Source of the DNA: Nemertoderma westbladi
Lineage: Eukaryota; Animalia; Xenacoelomorpha
Assembly: GCA_032718475.1 (NCBI GenBank)
Contig: JAUCBJ010005396.1
Coordinates: 1 to 53,800, forward strand
Direction: 5' to 3'
DNA: 53,800 bases
Shown: in pieces, positions 8,564-22,500 of the stretch
How positions within the stretch are numbered: position 1 is the first letter of the stretch
Layout of the letters: each line of letters begins with the position of its first letter
Made by a program: the position numbers and the translations under genes
The notes under the pieces: generated by a model
Databases searched by the model: none
What the model was told of the DNA's origin: nothing
Seen by the model: the letters and a program-made list of their open reading frames with translations, nothing else

Positions 8564-10927
8564 CACCCTAAGCATAAAGTTATACACCCTAAGCATAAAG
8601 TTATACACCCTAAGCGTAAAGTTATACACCGTAAGCATAAAGTTATACACTCTAAGCATAAAGTTAAACACCGTAAGCATAAAGTTATTCACCCTAAGCA
8701 TAAAGTTATACACCGTAAGCATAAAGTTATTCACCCTAAGCATAAAGTTATACACCGTAAGCATAAAGTTAAACACCGTAAGCATAAAGTTATACACCCT
8801 AAGCATAAATTTATACACCCTAAGCATAAAGTTATACACCCTAAGCATAAAGTTATACACCCTAAGCATAAAGTTATACACTCTAAGCATAAAGTTATAC
8901 GTACCCTAAGCATAAAGTTATACACTCTAAGCATAAAGTTAAACACCCTAAGCATAAAGTTATGCACTCTAAGCATAAAGTTATACACTCTAAGCATAAA
9001 GTTATACACTCTAAGCATAAAGTTAAACACCGTAAGCATAAAGTTATACACCCTAAGCATAAATTTATACACCCTAAGCATAAAGTTTTACACCCTAAGC
9101 ATAAAGTTATACACCCTTAGCATAAAGTTATACACTCTAAGCATAAAGTTATACACTCTAAGCATAAAGTTAAACACCGTAAGCATAAAGTTATACACCC
9201 TAAGCATAAATTTATACACCCTAAGCATAAAGTTATACACCCTAAGCATAAAGTTATACACCCTAAGCATAAAGTTATACACCCTAAGCATAAAGTTATA
9301 CACTCTAAGCATAAAGTTATACACCCTAAGCATAAAGTTATACACTCTAAGCATAAAGTTAAACACACTAAGCATAAAGTTATACACCCTAAGCATAAAG
9401 TTATACACCCTAAGCGTAAAGTTATACACCGTAAGCATAAAGTTATACACTCTAAGCATAAAGTTAAACACCGTAAGCATAAAGTTATTCACCCTAAGCA
9501 TAAAGTTATATACCGTAAGCATAAAGTTATTCACCCTAAGCATAAAGTTATACACCGTAAGCATAAAGTTAAACACCGTAAGCATACAGTTATACACCCT
9601 AAGCATAAATTTATACACCCTAAGCATAAAGTTATACACCCTAAGCATAAAGTTATACACCCTAAGCATAAAGTTATACACTCTAAGCATAAAGTTATAC
9701 ACCCTAAGCATAAAGTTATACACTCTAAGCATAAAGTTAAACACCCTAAGCATAAAGTTATACACTCTAAGCATAAAGTTAAACACCCTAAGCATAAAGT
9801 TATACACCCTAAGCATAAAGTTATACACCCTAAGCATAAAGTTATACACCCTAAGCATAAGGTTATTCACTGTAAGCATAAAGTTATACACTCTAAGCAT
9901 AAAGTTATACACCCTAAGCATAAAGTTAAAACACCTTAAGCATAAAGTTATACACTCTAAGCATAAAGTTATACACCCTAAGCATAAAGTTATACACCCT
10001 AAGCATAAAGTTATACACCGTAAGCATAGGGTTATACACTCTAAGCATAAAGTTATACACTCTAAGCATAAAGTTATACACTCTAAGCATAAAGTTATGC
10101 ACTCTAAGCATAAAGTTATACACCCTAAGCATAAAGTTGTACACCCTAAGCTAAGCATAAAGTTATACACTCTAAGCATAAAGTTATACACTCTAAGCAT
10201 AAAGTTATACACCCTAAGCATAAAGTTATACACCCTAAGCATAAAGTTATACACCCTAAGCATAAAGTTATACACCGTAAGCATAGGGTTATACACTCTA
10301 AGCATAAAGTTATACACTCTAAGCATAAAGTTATACACTCTAAGCATAAAGTTATGCACTCTAAGCATAAAGTTATACACCCTAAGCATAAAGTTGTACA
10401 CCCTAAGCTAAGCATAAAGTTATACACTCTAAGCATAAAGTTATACACCCTAAGCATAAAGTTATACACCCTAAGCATAAAGTTATACACCCTAAGCATA
10501 AAGTTATACACCGTAAGCATAGGGTTATACACTCTAAGCATAAAGTTATACACTCTAAGCATAAAGTTATACACTCTAAGCATAAAGTTATGCACTCTAA
10601 GCGTAAAGTTATACACCCTAAGCATAAAGTTATACACCCTAAGCATAAAGTTATACACCCTAAGCATAAAGTTATACACCGTAAGCATAGGGTTATACAC
10701 TCTAAGCATAAAGTTATACACTCTAAGCATAAAGTTATACACTCTAAGCATAAAGTTATGCACTCTAAGCATAAAGTTATACACACTAAGCATAAAGTTA
10801 TACACCCTAAGCTAAGCATAAAGTTATACACTCTAAGCATAACGTTATACACCCTAAGCATAAAGTTATACACCGTAAGCATAAAGTTAAACACACTAAG
10901 CATAAGGTTATACACTCTAAGCATAAA
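8564..10927. repeat. 21-bp minisatellite, ~112 copies, consensus CAC(C/T)CTAAGCATAAAGTTATA
   Basis: Read directly. Explains all the periodic ORFs (HPKHKVI, TLSIKLY, MLRVYNF, CITLCLG). Confidence 0.98.
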
Positions 10928-12003
10928 TTCGAACATCCCAAGTTTAGAATGTAGAATCTCCCACGTCATCGCGATGTTCAACCAGCTGATTCCAATAATG
11001 TTTCAACTTTCGAATAACTTAGACATAGTTTTTATATTTGTTTATAATTATGTATAGCTATACTTTCTCTTTATATTACATAAATGTGCCCAACTTATAT
11101 AATGTTTTTATCCACTCCAATACATGGCGTTGGATGATTCACTGTTTTAATTACAAATATTTATATTATTATGTTATTTATATATTTCACAATTGAAATA
11201 TGATATAATTATTTATCGCATCGCTATTACAGTACTGCATATTATTTTTTGTAGCGCTGAATTTACTTTTTGCAATGTTTTTTTTACATAATATGAAAAA
11301 TTCGACCAATTATTTTTCATCGTTAATTTAAATTTGCGAATGTTTTATAGTAAAATATGCCATTTTAATTACAATATGATGTGCTGCTTTCCTTTATAAA
11401 TCAGCCATGCAGTATAACCCTTTGTCCACTTATGACGAGATAATTTAACCTTAAATATTTTGAGGATTTTGAATAAATAATTTCATATTCAATCCATTGT
11501 TTAACATTCAGAACATATTTATTGCGTTGCTAGATCTGTAGTATGTATGGGTAACGCTGAATATATAAATTCAATTAATTTCAGTTAACCATCACAATAA
11601 ATGTAAATTCAATTATATTACAGTGTTTAGTCGTGTATTGGCACTACTTGTTAAAGCTTATAAATGTTGTCATGTATCCAGGCTAATGCGAAGATATGAT
11701 ATTTTTATTTTTTATTAACTGAACAATATTGAACTGCACACCGAATCTATTAATCCAATTTGTCCGCTATAGTTTACTTGGATTACTGTAGCAATGTTTG
11801 TGTCCCCGCACTTATCTGCTTTAATGATCAGTCTGGTTGATGTTTTTTTTCATCTAACCACTCATGAACTATCGCTGCACATTAGGTTTATAATGTAATA
11901 ATATATATTATGTTTATATTTAAATTTAATTTGTTTTAGATTTTATTTAATGTTGAATATACTTCTTATTTTTTAACTCGCTAATGTCGATTTATCAAAC
12001 TAA

Positions 12004-12302
12004 GTGGTGGGCTTGATGAACAGGGCTTGGTTGACACAAGGATTTTGTGATGTAAAGATGGTGGCATGCCAGTATTGGTTGACAGAAAGAAGGAGATACG
12101 CAATGCGTATCCCATTGCGCCTCATAATAGCCTCTCGTCAACAAGTCAACCCCACCGACTAGCGGCACTGGCTGTTTCAGCTGACGGGGCCCTGTCGAAA
12201 AACGCGTCCCTGATGCAGTAAGGGCCCTCTTTTGAGGAGCAATATTATTATTGCCGCGGATCTGCTTCTACTCTAGGCCAGACCTAGCCAGAAGTAGAAT
12301 CC
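12004..12302. other. GC-richer island with multiple hairpins (candidate structured RNA or repeat relic)
   Basis: Stems at 12068-73/12167-72, 12078-83/12137-42, 12095-102/12104-111, 12187-93/12221-27, 12226-29/12234-37, 12239-44/12249-54, 12258-69/12290-302 and 12273-77/12283-87. Confidence 0.3.
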
Positions 12303-12357
12303 TCACCAACCATCAACATGAATAGATGAATCTGACACTTGCCCCAACATCCCCCCC

Positions 12358-13567
12358 GGTATACAGACGCCCGGCCCGGACGTTTCGGCCCATAACTGTA
12401 ACTTAATGAAAAGGCCAACTTGTTTGATATGATAATAATTATTCATTAAAATTATAATTATTTCACAATAACATACAAACACTTAATAAAATATCTTGCA
12501 TGAAATGGCTATTTAATTTACCTTTATTTCGAAATAAAATAAACATTAGGGAAGTGGTGCACTGGTTCCATAGACAATTCGCCATAATTATGTTATGCGG
12601 CCGAAAAAATGCATGTCAGAATAAATCTATTGGTCTCGAGTACCACATTGCTAATATACAGTACTACCAAAGTGAATCAATTTCACGAACCATTTAGGGC
12701 TTAAATCTCGTCTGATCGATATATTTTGGAGATACTTCATTAATGTTAAACATTACTCAATTGATAATTCTTGTAGCTGGACAGTGTATTGCAGCTATGT
12801 CTTAATGATCTGTTGAAACAATAACTCTCATTTTCGATGATAGATGATTTTGATTTATACTGATAGATAACGACGTATATTGCTTTTATTAATACATATT
12901 TTATTTCACTTCACATCCACTCTGGTCCTTTTAATGCGCATTCATTTCATCTAAATTTAAATTTAATACGCATATATTTCATCTAAATTTAAATTTAATA
13001 CGCATATATTTTATCTCATTCCATGACATCCAGTCTGTCTCATAATTATTAGCAATGCTCCTATAATGGAATATATCTTATCTATTATATTTTTAAGACC
13101 AACATTAAAATACAGAAATAATTTTAATTTGGTTTATTTTAATGTACTTAATTTATTGACTCACACTTTAAAATACGTATGTTTTTTTATGGGGGAAACC
13201 CCATCATCATAATACTAAGGTTAATTTGTCAGCATATGTTATCTTTGTTCTAAGTTACAGTATGGTGTATATTTATATTAATAAATAATAATAATAATAT
13301 TACATTAGTTATTATTTATAAATATAATGTAGAACTTCGATCTTGGCGACTTTCAAACAGGTGTCGGAGCAGTTCCTACTGACAACTCCTCTTGTAACGA
13401 ACGTAACAACTACAAAACAAATATATTGAATAACTTATTATTAATAGCTTATTTAAGGGAGTAAAGTGAAACTTTGGGCCAAAACGTCCGACAAGCAAAT
13501 CTTGTATTTCATTCATTGGGCCGAAACGTCCTAGGCCAAAACGTCTTAGACCGAAACGTCTGTTACC
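12358..13567. mobile_element. Putative non-autonomous TIR element (~1.2 kb) with subterminal GGCCGAAACGTCC-type repeats
   Basis: Left end GGTATACAGACG...GGACGTTTCGGCCC (12358-12391) is the imperfect inverse of right end GGGCCGAAACGTCC..GGCCAAAACGTC..GACCGAAACGTCTGTTACC (13518-13567). A further copy of the motif lies near 13476. AT-rich non-coding interior; CC on both flanks. Confidence 0.65.
12944..13007. repeat. 32-bp tandem duplication
   Basis: ATTTCATCTAAATTTAAATTTAATACGCATAT at 12944 and 12976. Confidence 0.9.
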
Positions 13568-13568
13568 C

Positions 13569-16500
13569 CTTTAGTTGACTGTAATAGTCCCTTTAGTTCA
13601 GCTATCTTTAGTTGACTGTAATAGTCCCTTTAGTTCATCTATCTTTAGTTGACTGTAATAGTCCCTTTAGTTCAGCTATCTTTAGTTGACTGTAATAGTC
13701 CCTTTAGTTCAGCTATCTTTAGTTGACTGTAATAGTCCCTTTAGTTCAGCTATCTTTATTTCACTGTAATAGTCCCTTAGTTTAGCTATCTTTAGTTGAC
13801 TGTAATAGTCCCTTTAGTTCAGCTATCTTTAGTTGACTGTAATAGTCCCTTAGTTTAGCTATCTTTATTTGACTGTAGTAGTCCCTTTAGTTCAGCTATC
13901 TTTAGTTGACTGTAATAGTCCCTTAGTTTAGCTATCTTTAGTTGACTGTAATAGTCCCTTTAGTTCAGCTATCTTTAGTTGACTGTAATAGTCCCTTAGT
14001 TTAGCTATCTTTAGTTGACTGTAATAGTCCCTTTAGTTCAGCTATCTTTAGTTGACTGTAATAGTCCCTTAGTTTAGCTATCTTTAGTTGACTGTAATAG
14101 TCCCTTTAGTTCAGCTATCTTTAGTTGACTGTAGTAGTCCCTTTAGTTCAGCTATCTTTAGTTGACTGTAATAGTCCCTTAGTTTAGCTATCTTTAGTTG
14201 ACTGTAATAGTCCCTTTAGTTCAGCTATCTTTAGTTGACTGTAATAGTCCCTTAGTTTAGCTATCTTTAGTTGACTGTAATAGTCCCTTTAGTTCAGCTA
14301 TCTTTAGTTGACTGTAATAGTCCCTTAGTTCAGCTATCTTTAGTTGACTGTAATAGTCCCTTTAGTTCAGCTATCTTTAGTTGACTGTAATAGTCCCTTA
14401 GTTTAGCTATCTTTAGTTGACTGTAATAGTCCCTTTAGTTCAGCTATCTTTAGTTGACTGTAGTAGTCCCTTTAGTTCAGCTATCTTTAGTTGACTGTAA
14501 TAGTCCCTTAGTTTAGCTATCTTTAGTTGACTGTAATAGTCCCTTTAGTTCAGCTATCTTTAGTTGACTGTAATAGTCCCTTTAGTTCAGCCATCTTTAG
14601 TTTACTGTAATAGTCCATTTAGTTCAGCTATCTTTAGTTGACTGTAATAGTCCCTTAGTTCAGCTATCTTTAGTTGACTGTAATAGTCCCTTAGTTTAGC
14701 TATCTTTAGTTGACTGTAATAGTCCCTTTAGTTCAGCTATCTTTAGTTGACTGTAATAGTCCCTTTAGTTCAGCTATCTTTAGTTTACTGTAATAGTCCA
14801 TTTAGTTCAGCTATCTTTAGTTGACTGTAATAGTCCCTTAGTTTAGCTATCTTTAGTTGACTGTAATAGTCCCTTTAGTTCAGCTATCTTTAGTTGACTG
14901 TAATAGTCCCTTAGTTTAGCTATCTTTAGTTGACTGTAATAGTCCCTTTAGTTCAGCTATCTTTAGTTGACTGTAATAGTCCCTTTAGTTCAGCTATCTT
15001 TAGTTTACTGTAATAGTCCATTTAGTTCAGCTATCTTTAGTTGACTGTAATAGTCCCTTAGTTTAGCTATCTTTAGTTGACTGTAATAGTCCCTTTAGTT
15101 CAGCTATCTTTAGTTGACTGTAATAGTCCCTTAGTTCAGCTATCTTTAGTTGACTGTAATAGTCCCTTTAGTTCAGCTATCTTTAGTTTACTGTAATAGT
15201 CCCTTTAGTTCAGCTATCTTTAGTTTACTGTAATAGTCCCTTTAGTTCAGTTATCTTTAGTTGACTGTAATAGTCGTCCCTTTAGTTCAGCTATCTTTAG
15301 TTGACTGTAGTAGTCCCTTTAGTTCAGCTATCTTTAGTTGACTGTAATAGTCCCTTAGTTTAGCTATCTTTAGTTGACTGTAATAGTCCCTTTAGTTCAG
15401 CTATCTTTAGTTGACTGTAATAGTCCCTTAGTTTAGCTATCTTTAGTTGACTGTAATAGTCCCTTTAGTTCAGCTATCTTTAGTTGACTGTAATAGTCCC
15501 TTAGTTCAGCTATCTTTAGTTGACTGTAATAGTCCCTTTAGTTCAGCTATCTTTAGTTGACTGTAATAGTCCCTTAGTTTAGCTATCTTTAGTTGACTGT
15601 AATAGTCCCTTTAGTTCAGCTATCTTTAGTTGACTGTAGTAGTCCCTTTAGTTCAGCTATCTTTAGTTGACTGTAATAGTCCCTTAGTTTAGCTATCTTT
15701 AGTTGACTGTAATAGTCCCTTTAGTTCAGCTATCTTTAGTTGACTGTAATAGTCCCTTAGTTTAGCTATCTTTAGTTGACTGTAATAGTCCCTTTAGTTC
15801 AGCTATCTTTAGTTGACTGTAATAGTCCCTTAGTTTAGCTATCTTTAGTTGACTGTAATAGTCCCTTTAGTTCAGCTATCTTTAGTTGACTGTAATAGTC
15901 CCTTAGTTCAGCTATCTTTAGTTGACTGTAATAGTCCCTTAGTTCAGCTATCTTTAGTTGACTGTAATAGTCCCTTTAGTTCATCTATCTTTAGTTGACT
16001 GTAATAGTAGTCCCTTTAGTTCAGCTATCTTTAGTTGACTGTAATAGTCCCTTAGTTCAGCTATCTTTAGTTGACTGTAATAGTCCCTTAGTTCAGCTAT
16101 CTTTAGTTGACTGTAATAGTCCCTTAGTTTAGCTATCTTTACTTGACTGTAATAGTCCCTTAGTTCAGCTATCTTTAGTTGACTGTAATAGTCCCTTAGT
16201 TTAGCTATCTTTACTTGACTGTAATAGTCCCTTAGTTCAGCTATCTTTAGTTGACTGTAATAGTCCCTTACTTCAGCTATCTTTAGTTGACTGTAATAGT
16301 CCCTTAGTTTAGCTATCTTTAGTTGACTGTAATAGTCCCTTACTTCAGCTATCTTTAGTTGACTGTAATAGTCCCTTTAGTTCAGCCATCTTTAGTTGAC
16401 TGTAATAGTCCCTTAGTTTAGCTATCTTTAGTTGACTGTAGTAGTCCCTTTAGTTCAGCTATCTTTAGTTGACTGTAATAGTCCCTTAGTTCAGCTATCT

Positions 16501-19500
16501 TTGGCTGACTGTAATAGTAGTCCCTTTAGTTCAGCTATCTTTAGTTGACTGTAATAGTCCCTTAGTTCAGCTATCTTTAGTTTACTGTAATAGTCCCTTT
16601 AGTTCAGCTATCTTTAGTTGACTGTAATAGTCCCTTAGTTTAGCTATCTTTAGTTTACTGTAATAGTCCCTTAGTTCAGCTATCTTTAGTTGACTGTAAT
16701 AGTCCCTTTAGTTCAGCTATCTTTAGTTGACTGTAATAGTAGTCCCTTTAGTTCAGCTATCTTTAGTTGACTGTAATAGTAGTCCCTTAGTTTAGCTATC
16801 TTTAGTTGACTGTAATAGTCCCTTTAGTTCAGCTATCTTTAGTTGACTGCAATAGTCCCTTAGTTCAGCTATCTTTAGTTGACTGTAATAGTCAATTTAG
16901 TTCAGCTATCTTTAGTTGACTGTAATAGTCCATTTAGTTCAGCTATCTTTAGTTGACTGTAATAGTCCCTTTAGTTCAGCTATCTTTAGTTGACTGTAGT
17001 AGTCCCTTTAGTTCAGCTATCTTTAGTTGACTGTAATAGTCCCTTAGTTTAGCTATCTTTAGTTGACTGTAATAGTCCCTTTAGTTCAGCTATCTTTAGT
17101 TGACTGTAATAGTCCCTTTAGTTCAGCTATCTTTAGTTGACTGTAATAGTCCCTTTAGTTCAGCTATCTTTAGTTGACTGTAATAGTCCCTTAGTTTAGC
17201 TATCTTTAGTTGACTGTAATAGTCCCTTTAGTTCAGCTATCTTTAGTTGACTGTAATAGTCCCTTAGTTTAGCTATCTTTAGTTGACTGTAATAGTCCCT
17301 TTAGTTCAGCTATCTTTAGTTGACTGTAGTAGTCCCTTTAGTTCAGCTATCTTTAGTTGACTGTAATAGTCCCTTAGTTTAGCTATCTTTAGTTGACTGT
17401 AATAGTCCCTTTAGTTCAGCTATCTTTAGTTGACTGTAATAGTCCCTTAGTTCAGCTATCTTTAGTTGACTGTAATAGTCCCTTTAGTTCATCTATCTTT
17501 AGTTGACTGTAATAGTAGTCTCTTTAGTTCAGCTATCTTTAGTTGACTGTAATAGTCCCTTAGTTTAGCTATCTTTAGTTGACTGTAATAGTCCCTTTAG
17601 TTCAGCTATCTTTAGTTGACTGTAATAGTCCCTTAGTTCAGCTATCTTTAGTTGACTGTAATAGTCCCTTTAGTTCATCTATCTTTAGTTGACTGTAATA
17701 GTAGTCTCTTTAGTTCATCTATCTTTAGTTGACTGTAATAGTAGTCTCTTTAGTTCATCTATCTTTAGTTGACTGTAATAGTAGTCTCTTTAGTTCAGCT
17801 ATCTTTAGTTGACTGTAATAGTCCCTTAGTTCAGCTATCTTTAGTTGACTGTAATAGTCCCTTTAGTTCATCTATCTTTAGTTGACTGTAATAGTAGTCT
17901 CTTTAGTTCATCTATCTTTAGTTGACTGTAATAGTAGTCTCTTTAGTTCATCTATCTTTAGTTGACTGTAATAGTAGTCTCTTTAGTTCAGCTATCTTTA
18001 GTTGACTGTAATAGTCCCTTAGTTCAGCTATCTTTAGTTGACTGTAATAGTCCATTTAGTTCAGCTATCTTTAGTTGACTGTAATAGTCCCTTTAGTTCA
18101 GCTATCTTTAGTTGACTGTAGTAGTCCCTTTAGTTCAGCTATCTTTAGTTGACTGTAATAGTCCCTTAGTTTAGCTATCTTTAGTTGACTGTAATAGTCC
18201 CTTTAGTTCAGCTATCTTTAGTTGACTGTAATAGTCCCTTTAGTTCAGCTATCTTTAGTTGACTGTAATAGTCCCTTTAGTTCAGCTATCTTTAGTTGAC
18301 TGTAATAGTCCCTTAGTTTAGCTATCTTTAGTTGACTGTAATAGTCCCTTTAGTTCAGCTATCTTTAGTTGACTGTAATAGTCCCTTAGTTTAGCTATCT
18401 TTAGTTGACTGTAATAGTCCCTTTAGTTCAGCTATCTTTAGTTGACTGTAGTAGTCCCTTTAGTTCAGCTATCTTTAGTTGACTGTAATAGTCCCTTAGT
18501 TTAGCTATCTTTAGTTGACTGTAATAGTCCCTTTAGTTCAGCTATCTTTAGTTGACTGTAATAGTCCCTTAGTTCAGCTATCTTTAGTTGACTGTAATAG
18601 TCCCTTTAGTTCATCTATCTTTAGTTGACTGTAATAGTAGTCTCTTTAGTTCAGCTATCTTTAGTTGACTGTAATAGTCCCTTAGTTTAGCTATCTTTAG
18701 TTGACTGTAATAGTCCCTTTAGTTCAGCTATCTTTAGTTGACTGTAATAGTCCCTTAGTTCAGCTATCTTTAGTTGACTGTAATAGTCCCTTTAGTTCAT
18801 CTATCTTTAGTTGACTGTAATAGTAGTCTCTTTAGTTCATCTATCTTTAGTTGACTGTAATAGTAGTCTCTTTAGTTCAGCTATCTTTAGTTGACTGTAA
18901 TAGTCCCTTAGTTTAGCTATCTTTAGTTGACTGTAATAGTCCCTTTAGTTCAGCTATCTTTAGTTTACTGTAATAGTCCCTTAGTTCAGCTATCTTTAGT
19001 TGACTGTAATAGTCCCTTCGTTTAGCTATCTTTACTTGACTGTAATAGTCCCTTTAGTTCAGCTATCTTTAGTTGACTGTAATAGTCCCTTAGTTCAGCT
19101 ATCTTTAGCTGACTGTAATAGTAGTCCCTTTAGTTCAGATATCTTTAGTTGACTGTAATAGTCCCTTAGTTCAGCTATCTTTAGTTGACTGTAATAGTCC
19201 CTTTAGTTCAGCCATCTTTAGTTGACTGTAATAGTAGTCCCTTTAGTTCAGATATCTTTAGTTGACTGTAATAGTCCCTTAGTTCAGCTATCTTTAGTTG
19301 ACTGTAATAGTCCCTTTAGTTCAGCTATCTTTAGTTGACTGTAGTAGTCCCTTTAGTTCAGCTATCTTTAGTTGACTGTAATAGTCCCTTAGTTTAGCTA
19401 TCTTTAGTTGACTGTAATAGTCCCTTTAGTTCAGATATCTTTAGTTGACTGTAATAGTCCCTTTAGTTCAGCTATCTTTAGTTTACTGTAATAGTCCCTT

Positions 19501-22500
19501 AGTTTAGCTATCTTTAGTTGACTGTAATAGTCCCTTTAGTTCAGCTATCTTTAGTTGACTGTAATAGTCCCTTAGTTTAGCTATCTTTAGTTGACTGTAA
19601 TAGTCCCTTTAGTTCAGCTATCTTTAGTTGACTGTAGTAGTCCCTTTAGTTCAGCTATCTTTAGTTGACTGTAATAGTCCCTTAGTTTAGCTATCTTTAG
19701 TTTACTGTAATAGTCCCTTTAGTTCAGCTATCTTTAGTTGACTGCAGTAGTCCCTTTAGTTTAGCTATCTTTAGTTGACTGTAATAGTCCCTTTAGTTCA
19801 GCGATCTTTAGTTGACTGTAGTAGTCCCTTTAGTTCAGCTATCTTTAGTTGACTGTAATAGTCCCTTAGTTTAGCTATCTTTAGTTGACTGTAATAGTCC
19901 CTTAGTTCAGCTATCTTTAGTTGACTGTAATAGTCCCTTTAGTTCATCTATCTTTAGTTGACTGTAATAGTAGTCCCTTTAGTTCAGCTATCTTTAGTTG
20001 ACTGTAATAGTCCCTTAGTTTAGCTATCTTTAGTTGACTGTAATAGTCCCTTTAGTTCAGCTATCTTTAGTTGACTGTAGTAGTCCCTTTAGTTCAGCTA
20101 TCTTAAGTTGACTGTAATAGTCCCTTTAGTTCAGCGATCTTTAGTTGACTGTAGTAGTCCCTTTAGTTCAGCTATCTTTAGTTGACTGTAATAGTCCCTT
20201 AGTTTAGCTATCTTTAGTTGACTGTAATAGTCCCTTTAGTTCAGCTATCTTTAGTTGACTGTAATAGTCCCTTAGTTTAGCTATCTTTAGTTGACTGTAA
20301 TAGTCCCTTTAGTTCAGCTATCTTTAGTTGACTGTAGTAGTCCCTTTAGTTCAGCTATCTTTAGTTGACTGTAATAGTCCCTTAGTTTAGCTATCTTTAG
20401 TTGACTGTAATAGTCCCTTTAGTTCAGCTATCTTTAGTTGACTGTAATAGTCCCTTAGTTCAGCTATCTTTAGTTGACTGTAATAGCCCTTAGTTCAGCT
20501 ATCTTTAGCTGACTGTAATAGTCCCTTTAGTTCAGATATCTTTAGTTGACTGTAATAGACCCTTAGTTCAGCTATCTTTAGTTGACTGTAATAGTCCCTT
20601 TAGTTCAGCCATCTTTAGTTGACTGTAATAGTAGTCCCTTTAGTTCAGATATCTTTAGTTGACTGTAATAGTCCCTTAGTTCAGCTATCTTTAGTTGACT
20701 GTAATAGTCCCTTTAGTTCAGCCATCTTTAGTTGACTGTAATAGTAGTCCCTTTAGTTCAGCTATCTTTAGTTGACTGTAATAGTCCCTTTAGTTCAGCT
20801 ATCTTTAGTTGACTGTAATAGTCCCTTAGTTTAGCTATCTTTAGTTGACTGTAATAGTCCCTTTAGTTCAGCTATCTTTAGTTGACTGTAATAGTAGTCC
20901 CTTTAGTTCAGCTATCTTTAGTTGACTGTAATAGTAGTCCCTTAGTTTAGCTATCTTTAGTTGACTGTAATAGTCCCTTTAGTTCAGCTATCTTTAGTTG
21001 ACTGTAATAGTCCCTTAGTTCAGCTATCTTTAGTTGACTGTAATAGTCAATTTAGTTCAGCTATCTTTAGTTGACTGTAATAGTCCCTTTAGTTCAGCTA
21101 TCTTTAGTTGACTGTAATAGTCGTCCCTTTAGTTCAGCTATCTTTAGTTGACTGTAATAGTCCCTTAGTTCAGCTATCTTTAGTTGACTGTAATAGTCCC
21201 TTTAGTTCAGCTATCTTTAGTTGACTGTAATAGTAGTCCCTTTAGTTCAGCTATCTTTAGTTGACTGTAATAGTCCCTTAGTTTAGCTATCTTTAGTTGA
21301 CTGTAATAGTCAATTTAGTTCAGCTATCTTTAGTTGACTGTAATAGTCCCTTTAGTTCAGCTATCTTTAGTTGACTGTAATAGTCGTCCCTTTAGTTCAG
21401 CTATCTTTAGTTGACTGTAATAGTCCCTTAGTTCAGCTATCTTTAGTTGACTGTAATAGTCCCTTTAGTTCAGCTATCTTTAGTTGACTGTAATAGTAGT
21501 CCCTTTAGTTCAGCTATCTTTAGTTGACTGTAATAGTCCCTTAGTTTAGCTATCTTTAGTTGACTGTAATAGTCCCTTTAGTTCAGCTATCTTTAGTTGA
21601 CTGTAATAGTCCCTTTAGTTCAGCTATCTTTAGTTGACTAATAGTCGTCCCTTGAGTTCAGCTATCTTTAGTTTACTGTAATAGTCCCTTAGTTCAGCTA
21701 TCTTTAGTTGACTGTAATAGTCCCTTTAGTTCAGCTATCTTTAGTTGATTGTAATAGTAGTCCCTTTAGTTCAGCTATCTTTAGTTGACTGTAGTAGTCC
21801 CTTTAGTTCAGCTATCTTTAGTTGACTGTAATAGTCCCTTAGTTTAGCTATCTTTAGTTGACTGTAATAGTCCCTTTAGTTCAGCTATCTTTAGTTGACT
21901 GTAATAGTCCCTTTAGTTCAGCTATCTTTAGTTGACTGTAGTAGTCCCTTAGTTCAGCTATCTTTAGTTGACTGTAATAGTCCCCTTAGTTTAGCTATCT
22001 TTAGTTGACTGTAATAGTCCCTTTAGTTCAGCTATCTTTAGTTGACTGTAGTAGTCCCTTTAGTTCAGCTATCTTTAGTTGACTGTAATAGTCCCTTAGT
22101 TTAGCTATCTTTAGTTGACTGTAGTAGTCCCTTAGTTCAGCTATCTTTAGTTGACTGTAATAGTCCCCTTAGTTTAGCTATCTTTAGTTGACTGTAATAG
22201 TCCCTTTAGTTCAGTTGTCTTTAGTTGACTGTAATAGTCAATTTATTTCAGCTATCTTTAGTTGACTGTAATAGTCCCTTTAGTTCAGCTATCTTTAGTT
22301 GACTGTAATAGTCCCTTAGTTTAGCTATCTTTAGTTGACTGTAATAGTCCCTTTAGTTCAGCTATCTTTAGTTGACTGTAATAGTCCCTTTAGTTCAGCT
22401 ATCTTTAGTTGACTGTAATAGTCCCTTAGTTTAGCTATCTTTAGTTGACTGTAATAGTCCCTTTAGTTCAGCTATCTTTAGTTGACTGTAATAGTCCCTT

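Noticed and set aside
8507-11057. Long ORFs up to 619 aa over the 21-bp array
   Set aside because: A consequence of a unit length divisible by three. The peptide switches between reading phases and similar ORFs occur on both strands.
12181-12230. Hammerhead ribozyme (CGAAA and CTGATG close together)
   Set aside because: The core reads CTGATGC rather than CUGANGA, and the three stems cannot be formed.
12300-12357. 7SK-like start (GGATGTTGGGGC on the minus strand)
   Set aside because: The paired GAUC motifs and a terminal hairpin with a U-run are not evident.
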